IMG/VR virus record: IMGVR_UViG_3300006128_000015 | Location: 1-53,563 of that record | Strand: one strand, 5' to 3' | DNA: 53,563 bases | Source: a virus | Taxonomy: Duplodnaviria; Caudoviricetes | Shown: positions 9,338-19,395 of the stretch, one piece after another | Position numbering within the stretch: the stretch's first letter is position 1 | How the letters are laid out: each line of letters opens with the position of its first letter | The notes under the pieces: model-generated | The model's input: only the letters and a program-made list of their open reading frames with translations | Database searches by the model: none | What the model was told of the DNA's origin: nothing | Made by a program: the position numbers and the translations under genes

Positions 9338-9567
9338 TGAGCCACGGATACAGCCTGCGGCTCCAAGCTCTGAATGGGAAGGCGGACCAACGTAAACTTG
9401 GTGTCCGCCTAGGGAAGGCGTGTATTGAACACAGCGTTCCTGTTTCGGTGGTCGCGCAGCGCATGGGTGTGTCTCGTACTACGGTGTATAATTGGTTCTG
9501 CGGGGTTACGACCCCGCAGGACTCCCTCACTGTAGTTATTGAGTCGTATATATCCAACCTGCAGTGA
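9337..9567 (+). CDS. Cro/XRE-like HTH protein
   Basis: VSVVAQRMGVSRTTVYNWFCG helix-turn-helix pattern. Confidence 0.8.
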   Translation: MSHGYSLRLQALNGKADQRKLGVRLGKACIEHSVPVSVVAQRMGVSRTTVYNWFCGVTTPQDSLTVVIESYISNLQ

Positions 9568-9629
9568 GGCATACGGCCTCGATTTATAAACCACACACTG
9601 CGGGGGGTAGCTTCCGCTAATGGGTAGCC

Positions 9630-12449
9630 ATGTCTGATTTCGACCTTCTATCTGCCGTTCAGCCCACAGGTGGTTGGTATGCTGTTGTGGGCATAAAGGA
9701 CGGCGCAGGCGTTAAACAAACTTTCGTAGAGACACGGGAGGAAGTCGAAGAGGTAGCCGGGCGGCTCCTAGAAAACCAATATAATGTGTTTTTCGGTGTA
9801 GCTAAATACGCAACTAATAGGGGGCGCAAGCAGGACAACGTCCAAGCACTTCAGGCATTGTGGGTAGACCTCGACTGTGGGGCTGGCAAACCCTACGCAG
9901 ACCAGAACGAAGCGATGGCCGCACTCAAGGAGTTCTGCGGAACCATCGGGTTGCCTAAGCCTATCATCGTTAACTCGGGGCGCGGGCTACACGTATACTG
10001 GTCGCTAGAGGAAGCGGTATCTCGGGCGGAGTGGGAGCCCGTCGCGGCGCGGCTTAAGGAGCTGTGTGATATACACAGTCTCCACGCTGACCCCAGCTGC
10101 TTCGAAGCGGCGCGCGTCCTACGCTTGCCGGGCACCTACAACTTTAAAGGTGACGAACCGCTTGGAGTCTCGGTAGTCGTCGAGAGCAAGAAGCGCACGA
10201 AACTAGAGGACCTGAAGTCACTTCTAGGCGTCAAGGAAAAGCCGATAGCGCACGACTTTGCGCGGCGCGAACTCAGTCCTCTGGCGCAACAGCTGCAAGC
10301 CAGCATCCAGTCCAGTTTTAGCAAGATTATGCGTCGGGGTGAGAAAGGATGCGCCCAACTTAATGCCTGCTATGCCGAGCGTGCGGAGCTGTCTGAGCCG
10401 CGTTGGTTCGACGCCCTGTCTGTTGCTAAGTTCTGTAAGGATAGGGATGTAGCTATCCACAAACTATCCGCAGACTATCCGGGTTACGACCCGGCGGAGG
10501 TAGACCGCAAGGTTCAGCATATCTTGGGGCCCCACACCTGCGCAGCATTCGACAAGAACAACCCGGGTCTATGTGATGAATGCCCTCACAAGGGTAAGTT
10601 CCGGTCCCCTATCGCCCTTGGCCGCGAGGTCGAAGCAGCGAGCGAGGAAGATAATAACGTATCTGTTTCTGGCGACAACGGGGAGCTTCTTGGCGAATAC
10701 CGTATACCTGAGTATCCCTTCCCGTACTTCCGGGGTAAGGGGGGCGGCATCTGGAAGAAGGGTACCGGGGAAGAAGCTGAGGACTTTCTTGTCTACGAGC
10801 ATGATCTGTATCTCGTTAAGCGCATGGAAGACCCCAACCTTGGCGCAGTAGTATTGATGCGCCTCCACCTCCCTTGCGACGGTGTTAAGGAAGTAGTTGT
10901 ACCCAGCGCTAAAATAAACGACGGCACCGAGCTACGGGGTATACTTGGGTTTCTGGACGTTGTAGCCACCAAGAAGCAGTTTGATCTGCTTGTAGACTTC
11001 ATAATTCGGTCTTTGAAGACATTGCAACATAAAAGGAGCGCAGAGCAAATGAGAAATCAGTTTGGGTGGGCCGACGGCGATAGCCGTTTTATTATCGGTG
11101 ACCGCGAGATTAGTGCAGATGGTACGCGAGCAAGTCCTCCGTCGTCAGTAACTTCTGCTATTGCACCTCATATGCAGACCGTGGGTACCTTCGAGAAGTG
11201 GAAGGAGGTGTTTGATATGTACGGCCTCCCGGGGCTTGAGGCTAACGCCTTCGCCGCCGCTACGGCTTTCGGTGCGCCGCTACTTAAGTTCTCCGGGCAG
11301 AAGGGCGCGATCATCAACCTGATCCACCCCAACTCGGGCACAGGTAAGACAACCATCCTGCACATGTGCAACTCGGTGTGGGGTAACCCAGACGCACTCT
11401 GCGCCAAGAAGGACGACACCTTTAACTCGAAGGTCCACAAGCTCGGTGTGCTGCGTAACTTGCCCGTCTGCTTTGATGAGATGTCTAACACAGAAGGCAA
11501 GCAGTTGTCTGAGCTGGCGTACCTTATCACACAGGGCATCGGTAAGGACCGAATGAAGGCGTCCTCTAACGAGCTGCGCGTCAACAACACCACGTGGCAG
11601 ACTATCGCACTGTGCTCGTCTAACCACTCGTTCTATGAAAAGCTGGAGGACCTGAAGGACTCACCGCAGGGTGAGATGATGCGTATCATTGAGCTGTACC
11701 TAGACTACTCCGACGCTATCGAGACCGGTGTAGCCAAGCACATGTTCGATCATCAGTTGAAGGAAAACTACGGCCACGCTGGCGACATCTATGCCCGGTT
11801 CTTGGTTGAGAACCACGAAGAGGTTAAAACTACCTATCTCAATATGCAGGGGATCATCGACCGGCGGCTTAATCTCACCCAGCGTGAGCGGTTCTGGTCT
11901 GCGACTGCAGCAGCTAACTTGACTGGCATCCACATCGCTATCCGCCTCGGGCTGTGCAAGTGGGACCTCGAACGTATTTACAAGTGGGTGTGCAAGCAAA
12001 TCCTCGAACTCAGGACTACCACTCTCCCGCCATTGGACGGGGCCCAGCAAATCCTTGCTGAGTTCATTTTGCGCCACATCGACAACACGCTAGTGATTAA
12101 CGACGAAGTAGACCTTCGCTCGGGTATGCGGTCTTTCGCGCTGTTGGAGCCGCGCCGCGACCTTAAGATCAGGTTTGAGCCGGACACTCAGAAGGTGTTT
12201 ATCCTAGCAAGCGCATTCAGGCGCGAGTGCCAGCTTCGTAACGCCAGCTATCGTGAGACGACGAAGGAGCTGAAAAACAAGGGCTTGCTATTCCCCAAGA
12301 GCGAAAACAAGCGGCTATCCAAGGGGACCAAGATCGGCACGCCTACGGTAGCTACGCTGGTGTTTGACGCTTCCCACAGCGAGTTTATCGACATCACTGA
12401 GCTTGTTGCCAACGAGAGAGAACCCGTCGATGAGAGTGTCGGGGATTAA
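9630..12449 (+). CDS. primase-helicase (RepB-like AEP primase, Cys cluster, DUF927-like P-loop helicase)
   Basis: WVDLDCG, VNSGRGLHVYW, RVLRLPGT; PHTC...CDECP; SGTGKTT and CFDE Walker motifs. Confidence 0.88.
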   Translation: MSDFDLLSAVQPTGGWYAVVGIKDGAGVKQTFVETREEVEEVAGRLLENQYNVFFGVAKYATNRGRKQDNVQALQALWVDLDCGAGKPYADQNEAMAALKEFCGTIGLPKPIIVNSGRGLHVYWSLEEAVSRAEWEPVAARLKELCDIHSLHADPSCFEAARVLRLPGTYNFKGDEPLGVSVVVESKKRTKLEDLKSLLGVKEKPIAHDFARRELSPLAQQLQASIQSSFSKIMRRGEKGCAQLNACYAERAELSEPRWFDALSVAKFCKDRDVAIHKLSADYPGYDPAEVDRKVQHILGPHTCAAFDKNNPGLCDECPHKGKFRSPIALGREVEAASEEDNNVSVSGDNGELLGEYRIPEYPFPYFRGKGGGIWKKGTGEEAEDFLVYEHDLYLVKRMEDPNLGAVVLMRLHLPCDGVKEVVVPSAKINDGTELRGILGFLDVVATKKQFDLLVDFIIRSLKTLQHKRSAEQMRNQFGWADGDSRFIIGDREISADGTRASPPSSVTSAIAPHMQTVGTFEKWKEVFDMYGLPGLEANAFAAATAFGAPLLKFSGQKGAIINLIHPNSGTGKTTILHMCNSVWGNPDALCAKKDDTFNSKVHKLGVLRNLPVCFDEMSNTEGKQLSELAYLITQGIGKDRMKASSNELRVNNTTWQTIALCSSNHSFYEKLEDLKDSPQGEMMRIIELYLDYSDAIETGVAKHMFDHQLKENYGHAGDIYARFLVENHEEVKTTYLNMQGIIDRRLNLTQRERFWSATAAANLTGIHIAIRLGLCKWDLERIYKWVCKQILELRTTTLPPLDGAQQILAEFILRHIDNTLVINDEVDLRSGMRSFALLEPRRDLKIRFEPDTQKVFILASAFRRECQLRNASYRETTKELKNKGLLFPKSENKRLSKGTKIGTPTVATLVFDASHSEFIDITELVANEREPVDESVGD

Positions 12450-12624
12450 TTACGAAGTAAACTGGCGTAAGTTCAAGCGGGGGGCGTCTATGTTCTTCCC
12501 CTGCTTGGACGCGCAGACCGCCAAGCGCGAAGTGCTGGCCGTCACCAGACGCCTACGAATAAAGACAGTCAGTAAAGCAGTTATTGTTGACGGTATCAGG
12601 GGTTTACGAATCTGGAGAGTGTGA
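12430..12624 (+). CDS. small basic hypothetical protein
   Basis: ATG 12430 is in frame with the track ORF; NWRKFKRGASMFFPCL...GLRIWRV. Confidence 0.7.
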   Translation: MRVSGINYEVNWRKFKRGASMFFPCLDAQTAKREVLAVTRRLRIKTVSKAVIVDGIRGLRIWRV

Positions 12625-12630
12625 TATTAC

Positions 12631-12695
12631 GGGGTTGGAAGTTTGCTCCTTCCCTCCCAACTTGGCCCCCGGTGTTAGCGCACCGGGGGTTTTTT
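12631..12695 (+). ncRNA. putative small antisense RNA (anti-RBS hairpin plus terminator)
   Basis: GTTTGCTCCTTC (12641-12652) is the reverse complement of the phage RBS GAAGGAGCAAAC. It sits in a stem-loop followed by an intrinsic terminator. Expression is inferred. Confidence 0.5.
12665..12695 (+). terminator. intrinsic terminator at the convergence of the two modules
   Basis: GCCCCCGGTGT-TAGC-GCACCGGGGGT followed by a T run. Confidence 0.9.
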
Positions 12696-15600
12696 ATTGT
12701 TCATCATACTCAGCGCGTACGTCGTAGTATCGCTTGTTGAACCGGCTGAAAATACGTTCTTCCCGGTCGCTAAACATTTTGGCTCGTTCTTTGCGAACCT
12801 GCGGGTCTTTCACTGCTTTAAGCATTTGCGCGCGGGCCCGGCTGAGTTCTGTCAGCTGTGTGCTAGCCATTTGGTAGGCCCCCAACACACGGGGGTCAGT
12901 CTCGAATGGGTACTTCTCTTTAGATTCCCGGAAGGCCAACGGTTCCTCTTTGCGTTGGTTGAGTAGTGCCTCGAAGCTAGGTACCCCCTCGGCGGTGTTT
13001 TTGTAGTAAGCAGCCATGGGGGCATATTCAGCACCTTGGCCAATGAACCCCTTAACCAAAGGCAGGCGTTCGGCTAGGGTCTTAGTGTCTTTATCTTTGC
13101 CGCTAGCAAAGTCGTCTATCTGCTTAGCGAACTGAAATGCACCGCCGCCATAACTCTCGATGAGGTGCTTGTAGCTCTCAGGGTGCAAATCAACCAGACC
13201 CGGCACACTGCCAGAACCGAAGGTTAGGTCGTTTACCTTACCCGCCAGCTCTTTATAGAACTCCGGTGTCCCTTCACGCCCCGATGCCGACGCAGCCTTA
13301 GTCTCCTTGTACTGATCCTTATAGATAGGCGAGTCAAAGAAATTACGGTTAGCCGCCAGCTGCGCGAAAGGTGCCACTAACGTAGGGGTGAGAGATGCGG
13401 CAATCTGGGTCCCCGTTTTACCGCGCGGCAGAGGGACCGGCGACAACAGTTCGCCCCATCCCCTAGCAACATCGGTAAGCGCAGCGCCCATATGGATAGC
13501 ACCATGTATGTGATTGGTCGCGCCATAGCCATACTCAGCCATTTTCTCACCCAGATAAAGGTAGGGTGTCGTGATGAAGGCCGCTGGCACCTTGATATAC
13601 TGGTCCGACTTATGGCCGTACCGGAGTATATAACTGTATAGTTTATCGTGGTCGGGAACATCCATCCAGTTAGGACGACCATCTTTATCATCGTCGTCAC
13701 TACCCATAGCAATATTCCACGCAGCAAGCATAGCACCCAGTGCTATCTGCGAGGCCATCAACTTCCTACCAATAGGGCTCAGTGGCATCTTTGCTGCGAT
13801 GCGTAGGGTATTAACCTTGGCGGTGGCAAACCAGTACAAGGCACCAAGCATCGGCCCCCGCTCGCCCATACGGCTAGTGTTGATATAGGAGTTGGCAGCC
13901 ATGTAGGCCGCTTCTTTCTCACTCATGCCGGTATCAAGTGCGGCCTTATATGCCGCCAGACGCACGCGAAGCTCGCCCATACGCACGAAGTTCTCTACGG
14001 CACCGAGGACAATCTTGGCCCGGTCTTTGCCAATAGCGAGCATATCACCTTGGTCACGCTTGGACATACCCTCCAGAAACTTCTGGTAGTGCTCGGCGGT
14101 ATCCTCAGCGGTGCGGAATGCTGTGTGGCTTGATGCACCGCCACTATCCAGCATTTGGTCAATAAGAAGCATAGTATGCGCTTGCGTGTCGGACTTCGGC
14201 TCGCGCTTCCAGATATGGTTCCACAGCGCGCCAGTAAGGTCTTTACCCGGGCCCCACATGGGGTTTAGGTTCTTGCCTACCTCTTTAGCATACTCCGTAT
14301 TACCAAAGGCAGGGCTGCTCTTGTCACCCACGGCCAGCTTGGCGTTCTTTAGTGCTTCGTCGGTGTCACGAATAATCATACGATCCAAGAACAGCGGACT
14401 GCGCTGGACGTTCAAAGACCGGAATACCGCGCCCCACTTGTTGACGACCCCCATAAACTTACCCAAGTCTTGGGGGCTTAGGTTCTCGAACATGCGCTTA
14501 AGCTGCGCACCCGCCTCGGTAGGCTGGAAGTCTAGGTAATGTGTGTTGCCATTGCGCTTAACGACGAGGTAGTCATCTGCTTCCTTGCGCATGTTAGACC
14601 GGATAGGGATACCGTCAGGATACTCTACACGCTCGCTGGGAATAACCCGCACCTTGGGGTTAGCATCGGTGTATGCTCTGACCACGTCCTTATATAGATC
14701 GGGTTCGGCTAACACATTCTCCAGCAGCTTCTGCCCAACCTCGTTCTTGGCGACACGTTGGGAGAGGGCCTTCGCATCTGCGATAAGGTTGATTGTGGGG
14801 CTGAACGGCATAGAGCCGCGACCCATGGCCTTACCTATAACAGCGGGATTGATACCGAGGTTCTGCCGGAATGTGGCCTCGTCGTGGGGGTTCTGGTCCC
14901 CGGCGGTATACATATCGCCATCTAGGGCGTGCCCCTTCAGCGCCGCATAGTTAGGTTGAGCTTTGCGCAGCTCGTCGGCCTGTTGTTTGGTGAGGAGCCC
15001 AGACTTAACGTACTCGTTCTGCGTGTAGTCGCGTAGAGCGTCATGCAGTTTGGCCGCCTTCTCAAGCGTGGGAGTCATGCCGTATTTATCGTATACCGCA
15101 AGGATACCCTTTGCCTGCGCGTCGGTGAGGCCAGAGCCACTTTCAAGGAACCGCGAGTTGCGCTCACCTACGATCTTATTACGGTCCACGGCACCGCGCG
15201 CCCACAGGTACATGTCTAGATCGGAGAGATTGACTTTCAGCGCCGCGAGCCCTTTAAACAGCGGGTCTACGTAGTCGCGGTCAATCTTAGCGGTCATACC
15301 GTTCTTCTTGTTTTTGACCAGTTCCGCTACAGCGCGCACCGACATATCGAACGGTAGCCGCGTAACACCGTACGCCTTAGCCAGCCAGCGATCCACGCTA
15401 TTAGATGCTTCCAAGTCGAAGACGTTCTTGGTCTTCTCGTCGGTAATGAGTTTCTGCAGCTTGGACTCGTTCTCCGCGATAGCGCCAAGCGTAGCATCCA
15501 CAGAACTGGTGGGCCCCTTCTTGCGTAACTCATCGCGCAGAGCTTGCACTTCTTCATCGTGGGCCCCCGGCCCGGTACCGCGTTCGACAGATGGGCCCGG

Positions 15601-18600
15601 ACGGGCTTCGGTTGCTTCTCCGATCTCGCTTGCGGCGCGGTCTACAACCGACATAATCTTTTCGACATAGTCTATCGCGGGCGCGGCTTCCGCTTCGGCC
15701 TTGGGCCCCTTACCGAAGATGCTCTTAACCGCGTCAACAAACCGCTGTAGCAGCGTGCGCGGCTGAGGCTCAGCCTTTGTAGGTTTCGGTGTAAGCTCGT
15801 CAATAACCTTGCGGAACTCAGGGTTAGTGTAAACCTCCGAGGCAAACTCGTGCGCATCGGTAAACCCGTAGTGGGCCTTCATCTCCTCAGGCGCAAGGAA
15901 CTCGAACAGCTTCCACAGGTGCTGCAGCTCTTTACCGATTGGTGTACTGTTCTCGATATGCCAGCTAGTTAACCCATGCACGATTTCATGCAGTGGGATA
16001 TGATCCAGTGTCATCTGCTGATTGAGGTACACCGTCTTAGTGCGCGGATCGTAGACGCCTTCTAGATTAGGGACGTCTTCTAGGCGTTCGCCCTCCCTGC
16101 GCGCCACAAGCCTGATAGTATCCGAGTCAACTACCAACACGCGCATATCAGGCGCAACAGCCAGAATACGTTGGGCAATCTCCGCAAGCGGGCCACCCCG
16201 GTTGATAATATCCTGCAGTACCGCGTGCGCACTCTGTGTCTCTTGGGCCACCCGAAGCGAGTGCTGCGCCGACTCCGTACGCTCCCCGGTAACCAAGTCC
16301 GTTGCAAGCCTCGGGGCCATAGGAGTTTCGACCCGCAAGGCTGCTTTCTGCATGTCGCGCTCGCGCGCGGTTATCTCACCAGCCTTATATGCAGCATCAA
16401 TCTGCCGCAGTTTCTCTTGGCGCGTGGCAACACGGGCTTGTGCTTCCCTACCCGCTGCGTTGGCAATATCTGACCGAGCGGCATCCAGTGCAGCATTACC
16501 TTGTTCGATAGCCGCTTTGAGCTGCGCCTTTTCTTTGGGGGCCGTGGCGTTCTGGAGTTGCTCGGCCTTGTCGTTGACGTCGGCCTGAAGACTAAGCACC
16601 TTGGTCCAACGGGCTTGCTGTGAGGGAGGCAGTGCATTGAGGTCTTCTTTCGACCCCGGCACGCGCATCATGTTGAGCACTTCACCCACATCTTGGTCGG
16701 ATACGAGGTTGTTATTCCGTAGGGTATTGAGCTGGCTGGTAACTTTTTGCTCATCCTGCATACCCTGAGTAAGCTCAGCAGCACCCTCAACCGGGCGGCC
16801 CATTTGGGTACCCATCATACCCTTGCGGGTTTCGTTCACGCCGCGCGCTACACCGGGGGTAACCTTGGTAATGGGAACAGGGGGGACTTCTTCGGCGGGT
16901 GTAGGGGAAGGAATGACTTCTTCGGGGGGTGCAGCACCAGCACCAGCACCGCCCCCAGCCGGAGTTAGAATAGGGGTTTCCGTAGTGGGCTTAGTAACCG
17001 CAGTCTCTTTTACGGTTTTGCTAGGCGGCGCTTCAGGTGCACCTTCTGTAAGGGCGGCGGCCTTGGCTTCGAGATACTTATTGAACGTACCAGCCCACTT
17101 AGGGTCGCGCGCAAATGCCTCGCTCTCGGGTGTCATCCCGAACTTCTTTAGCGTAGCCTCGATGCTGGCGATTGTTTCGTGTGGGTTTGCAGCTTCAGGC
17201 ACTTTCGCGGGTGCCGCCACGGGCACCCCAGTCGCCTCCGCCCCAGCGGGCTTTTGTGCGGGTATACCCCCCGCCGCAGGTTCTCCCGTGACGCCTAAAG
17301 GATGCCACTCTTCCAGCGGGCCTTCGCGCGGGGGGTATGTACCCGCACCGATACGTTGTTCTAGTTCTCCGCTGGGCCCAAACACGTCATTCAACCCGGC
17401 TGCGCGCCGTTCATGGGTAAGCAGTCCCATGAGCTCATCCTGCGTAAGCGGATCAAGGCCGCGCGCGGCGAGCTCTTTTTGCGTGGTGTGCAGTCGCTCC
17501 AACGGGTCCCCAGTAGTCTGGTCCAATATACGTTGGGCGATAGGTAGGCGGTCTTGCAGCCGCTGGGCCTGTATCAGGGCATCGACCGAAGTTTTTGCGT
17601 TTTCTGAAGCCACTAGCTGGCGCAGCTGGTTAATGTCTACGTGCTGGCCTACAGCCGCATCCCGCTGTTCTTGTGTGATATCCCCACGTTGGAATGCTTG
17701 ATTATACAGCTCAACCATACCTCGGTTGTACTGCACCATTTTACCAAACCGGAGTTTCTCTTCCGGTGTCATGTTCGGATCAAGCCCGTTGGCACTGAGG
17801 GCGCTCGAAAGCATGCCCTCTTGGTTCCCGGTACCTGTAAAGGTTTCCGGGTGTGCGGCTACGGCCTGAAATACATTTTGGCGCGCATTAAACGCATCTG
17901 TAGCCGCAGCCTGTTGAGCGTTTTGTTGGAGGAGTTCGGGAGACACTCCGGGAGCGGGCTCGCCCACTGTCACGCCGGGTTGCGCTTTTGCCTTGGCTTG
18001 TTCGGCCATGTAGTCCGTTACAATGGACTTGCTCTCAAGCCACACCCGCAGGCGTGGGTCTGATACGTTATCTACACCACCTTGCGCAAATTCATTTTGG
18101 GCCTGACGCAGACGCAACTTACTCGCACGGCCAGCCATATCCGATACATAGTCAGCCGCGCCCGATACGTTGCCTTGAGACAGCGAGCTGGTGAGCTTGT
18201 CCGTTGCTTGGTTGATTAAGTTAGTATGCTTTTCGGTGTCGTCGCCCGCAGCCGCCTCTAGGCGCCCCCTAATCATATCCTGACTGAAAGCATCAGAGAG
18301 GTGGCGCTCACCCACACCCGCATTCATCTGCCCCGTCTCAAAAACCGCGCCGAGGTCCGAGAGAGCACTAGCGTACTCTGCAGGAGACGATGCACCCGCC
18401 GTGAATCCGGTTTTGTTGGCCGTAGCGGCCTTGTCGGCGGGTGCTCCCTGCTCCGTCTCCGCGCGGGTATCCCGGGCATTACGTAACCATTCCGCGCCGC
18501 CGTGGAGAAGGGCGCCACCACCAGAAGTAACGCCGCCCAGAATAGCACCGGATAGGGCCGACTCTGGTACACCCTGCCAAACAGAGCGTGTAGGGTCGTA

Positions 18601-19380
18601 GTTCTGCTGTGCGACTATATTTTCGCCTAGTGTGGAGCCACCCATTAGCGCACCCGCGCCGACAGCATGCGCCCCAACTTCTCCGGCAACGCGCGCTGCG
18701 CCAGTTAGGCCCTTAGTAGCCGCCCCAGCGAGCCTCTCCCCGGGGTTAAGCAGCCCGATAATCCCCTGCACCCCGGCGTTTTCAAACCCAGCGCGTTCTG
18801 CTTCGGCGTCGCTTTTGCCTTTAGCTACTGCCTCGTCGTGTGCTTCTTGGTAGCCCTGCGCCGCGAAGATAGGCGCTACACCCGCGCCGCCAGTAAGAGC
18901 TCCCGCCGTGATTATGGGTACAAAACCACCCACCCCGCTCGCGACCTGTTCCGCCAAGTTCGGGTTACTCACCGCGTGTCGAGCCGCATCGGCCCGAAGT
19001 TGCGCCGCAGCTTTCGCTGCTAGGGCTTCTTGCTCTTTATCTTGACCTGTAAGGCGGTCTATCAGGGTGACGGGAGTAGGGATATATTCACTGAGTTTCT
19101 GCGCACCCTGTCCGGCGGCAGCTAAACCTGTCTCCAGCCCGCTAAGCGCGGAACTACCAAGCCGTTTCGCTTCACCCCAAACCCCAGTGTCTTGTGGCTT
19201 AGCCGGTTGCGGGGCGATCAACGGGCCTTGGTCCGGCTGCGGGGCAGTAGGCTGCTGCGGCACTCCCATATTGTAATAGGTATGCGCTACATAGGCGATA
19301 GCTTGGTCTTGCGTGGCGCCGTCGGGGGTATTGACGCGATACACCTTGCCATCAGGCCCCGTGACATTAAATGCTGGCAT
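12694..19380 (-). CDS. large polyvalent / internal virion (ejected) protein, 2228 aa
   Basis: Gly/Ala-rich hydrophobic N-terminal region; zincin-like HEIVH...HEFASE motif; C-terminal NRNFFDSPIY segment resembling LPD38; last gene of the virion module. Confidence 0.75.
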   Translation of the reverse strand: MPAFNVTGPDGKVYRVNTPDGATQDQAIAYVAHTYYNMGVPQQPTAPQPDQGPLIAPQPAKPQDTGVWGEAKRLGSSALSGLETGLAAAGQGAQKLSEYIPTPVTLIDRLTGQDKEQEALAAKAAAQLRADAARHAVSNPNLAEQVASGVGGFVPIITAGALTGGAGVAPIFAAQGYQEAHDEAVAKGKSDAEAERAGFENAGVQGIIGLLNPGERLAGAATKGLTGAARVAGEVGAHAVGAGALMGGSTLGENIVAQQNYDPTRSVWQGVPESALSGAILGGVTSGGGALLHGGAEWLRNARDTRAETEQGAPADKAATANKTGFTAGASSPAEYASALSDLGAVFETGQMNAGVGERHLSDAFSQDMIRGRLEAAAGDDTEKHTNLINQATDKLTSSLSQGNVSGAADYVSDMAGRASKLRLRQAQNEFAQGGVDNVSDPRLRVWLESKSIVTDYMAEQAKAKAQPGVTVGEPAPGVSPELLQQNAQQAAATDAFNARQNVFQAVAAHPETFTGTGNQEGMLSSALSANGLDPNMTPEEKLRFGKMVQYNRGMVELYNQAFQRGDITQEQRDAAVGQHVDINQLRQLVASENAKTSVDALIQAQRLQDRLPIAQRILDQTTGDPLERLHTTQKELAARGLDPLTQDELMGLLTHERRAAGLNDVFGPSGELEQRIGAGTYPPREGPLEEWHPLGVTGEPAAGGIPAQKPAGAEATGVPVAAPAKVPEAANPHETIASIEATLKKFGMTPESEAFARDPKWAGTFNKYLEAKAAALTEGAPEAPPSKTVKETAVTKPTTETPILTPAGGGAGAGAAPPEEVIPSPTPAEEVPPVPITKVTPGVARGVNETRKGMMGTQMGRPVEGAAELTQGMQDEQKVTSQLNTLRNNNLVSDQDVGEVLNMMRVPGSKEDLNALPPSQQARWTKVLSLQADVNDKAEQLQNATAPKEKAQLKAAIEQGNAALDAARSDIANAAGREAQARVATRQEKLRQIDAAYKAGEITARERDMQKAALRVETPMAPRLATDLVTGERTESAQHSLRVAQETQSAHAVLQDIINRGGPLAEIAQRILAVAPDMRVLVVDSDTIRLVARREGERLEDVPNLEGVYDPRTKTVYLNQQMTLDHIPLHEIVHGLTSWHIENSTPIGKELQHLWKLFEFLAPEEMKAHYGFTDAHEFASEVYTNPEFRKVIDELTPKPTKAEPQPRTLLQRFVDAVKSIFGKGPKAEAEAAPAIDYVEKIMSVVDRAASEIGEATEARPGPSVERGTGPGAHDEEVQALRDELRKKGPTSSVDATLGAIAENESKLQKLITDEKTKNVFDLEASNSVDRWLAKAYGVTRLPFDMSVRAVAELVKNKKNGMTAKIDRDYVDPLFKGLAALKVNLSDLDMYLWARGAVDRNKIVGERNSRFLESGSGLTDAQAKGILAVYDKYGMTPTLEKAAKLHDALRDYTQNEYVKSGLLTKQQADELRKAQPNYAALKGHALDGDMYTAGDQNPHDEATFRQNLGINPAVIGKAMGRGSMPFSPTINLIADAKALSQRVAKNEVGQKLLENVLAEPDLYKDVVRAYTDANPKVRVIPSERVEYPDGIPIRSNMRKEADDYLVVKRNGNTHYLDFQPTEAGAQLKRMFENLSPQDLGKFMGVVNKWGAVFRSLNVQRSPLFLDRMIIRDTDEALKNAKLAVGDKSSPAFGNTEYAKEVGKNLNPMWGPGKDLTGALWNHIWKREPKSDTQAHTMLLIDQMLDSGGASSHTAFRTAEDTAEHYQKFLEGMSKRDQGDMLAIGKDRAKIVLGAVENFVRMGELRVRLAAYKAALDTGMSEKEAAYMAANSYINTSRMGERGPMLGALYWFATAKVNTLRIAAKMPLSPIGRKLMASQIALGAMLAAWNIAMGSDDDDKDGRPNWMDVPDHDKLYSYILRYGHKSDQYIKVPAAFITTPYLYLGEKMAEYGYGATNHIHGAIHMGAALTDVARGWGELLSPVPLPRGKTGTQIAASLTPTLVAPFAQLAANRNFFDSPIYKDQYKETKAASASGREGTPEFYKELAGKVNDLTFGSGSVPGLVDLHPESYKHLIESYGGGAFQFAKQIDDFASGKDKDTKTLAERLPLVKGFIGQGAEYAPMAAYYKNTAEGVPSFEALLNQRKEEPLAFRESKEKYPFETDPRVLGAYQMASTQLTELSRARAQMLKAVKDPQVRKERAKMFSDREERIFSRFNKRYYDVRAEYDEQ

Positions 19381-19395
19381 GCAAGTACCCCTTAA

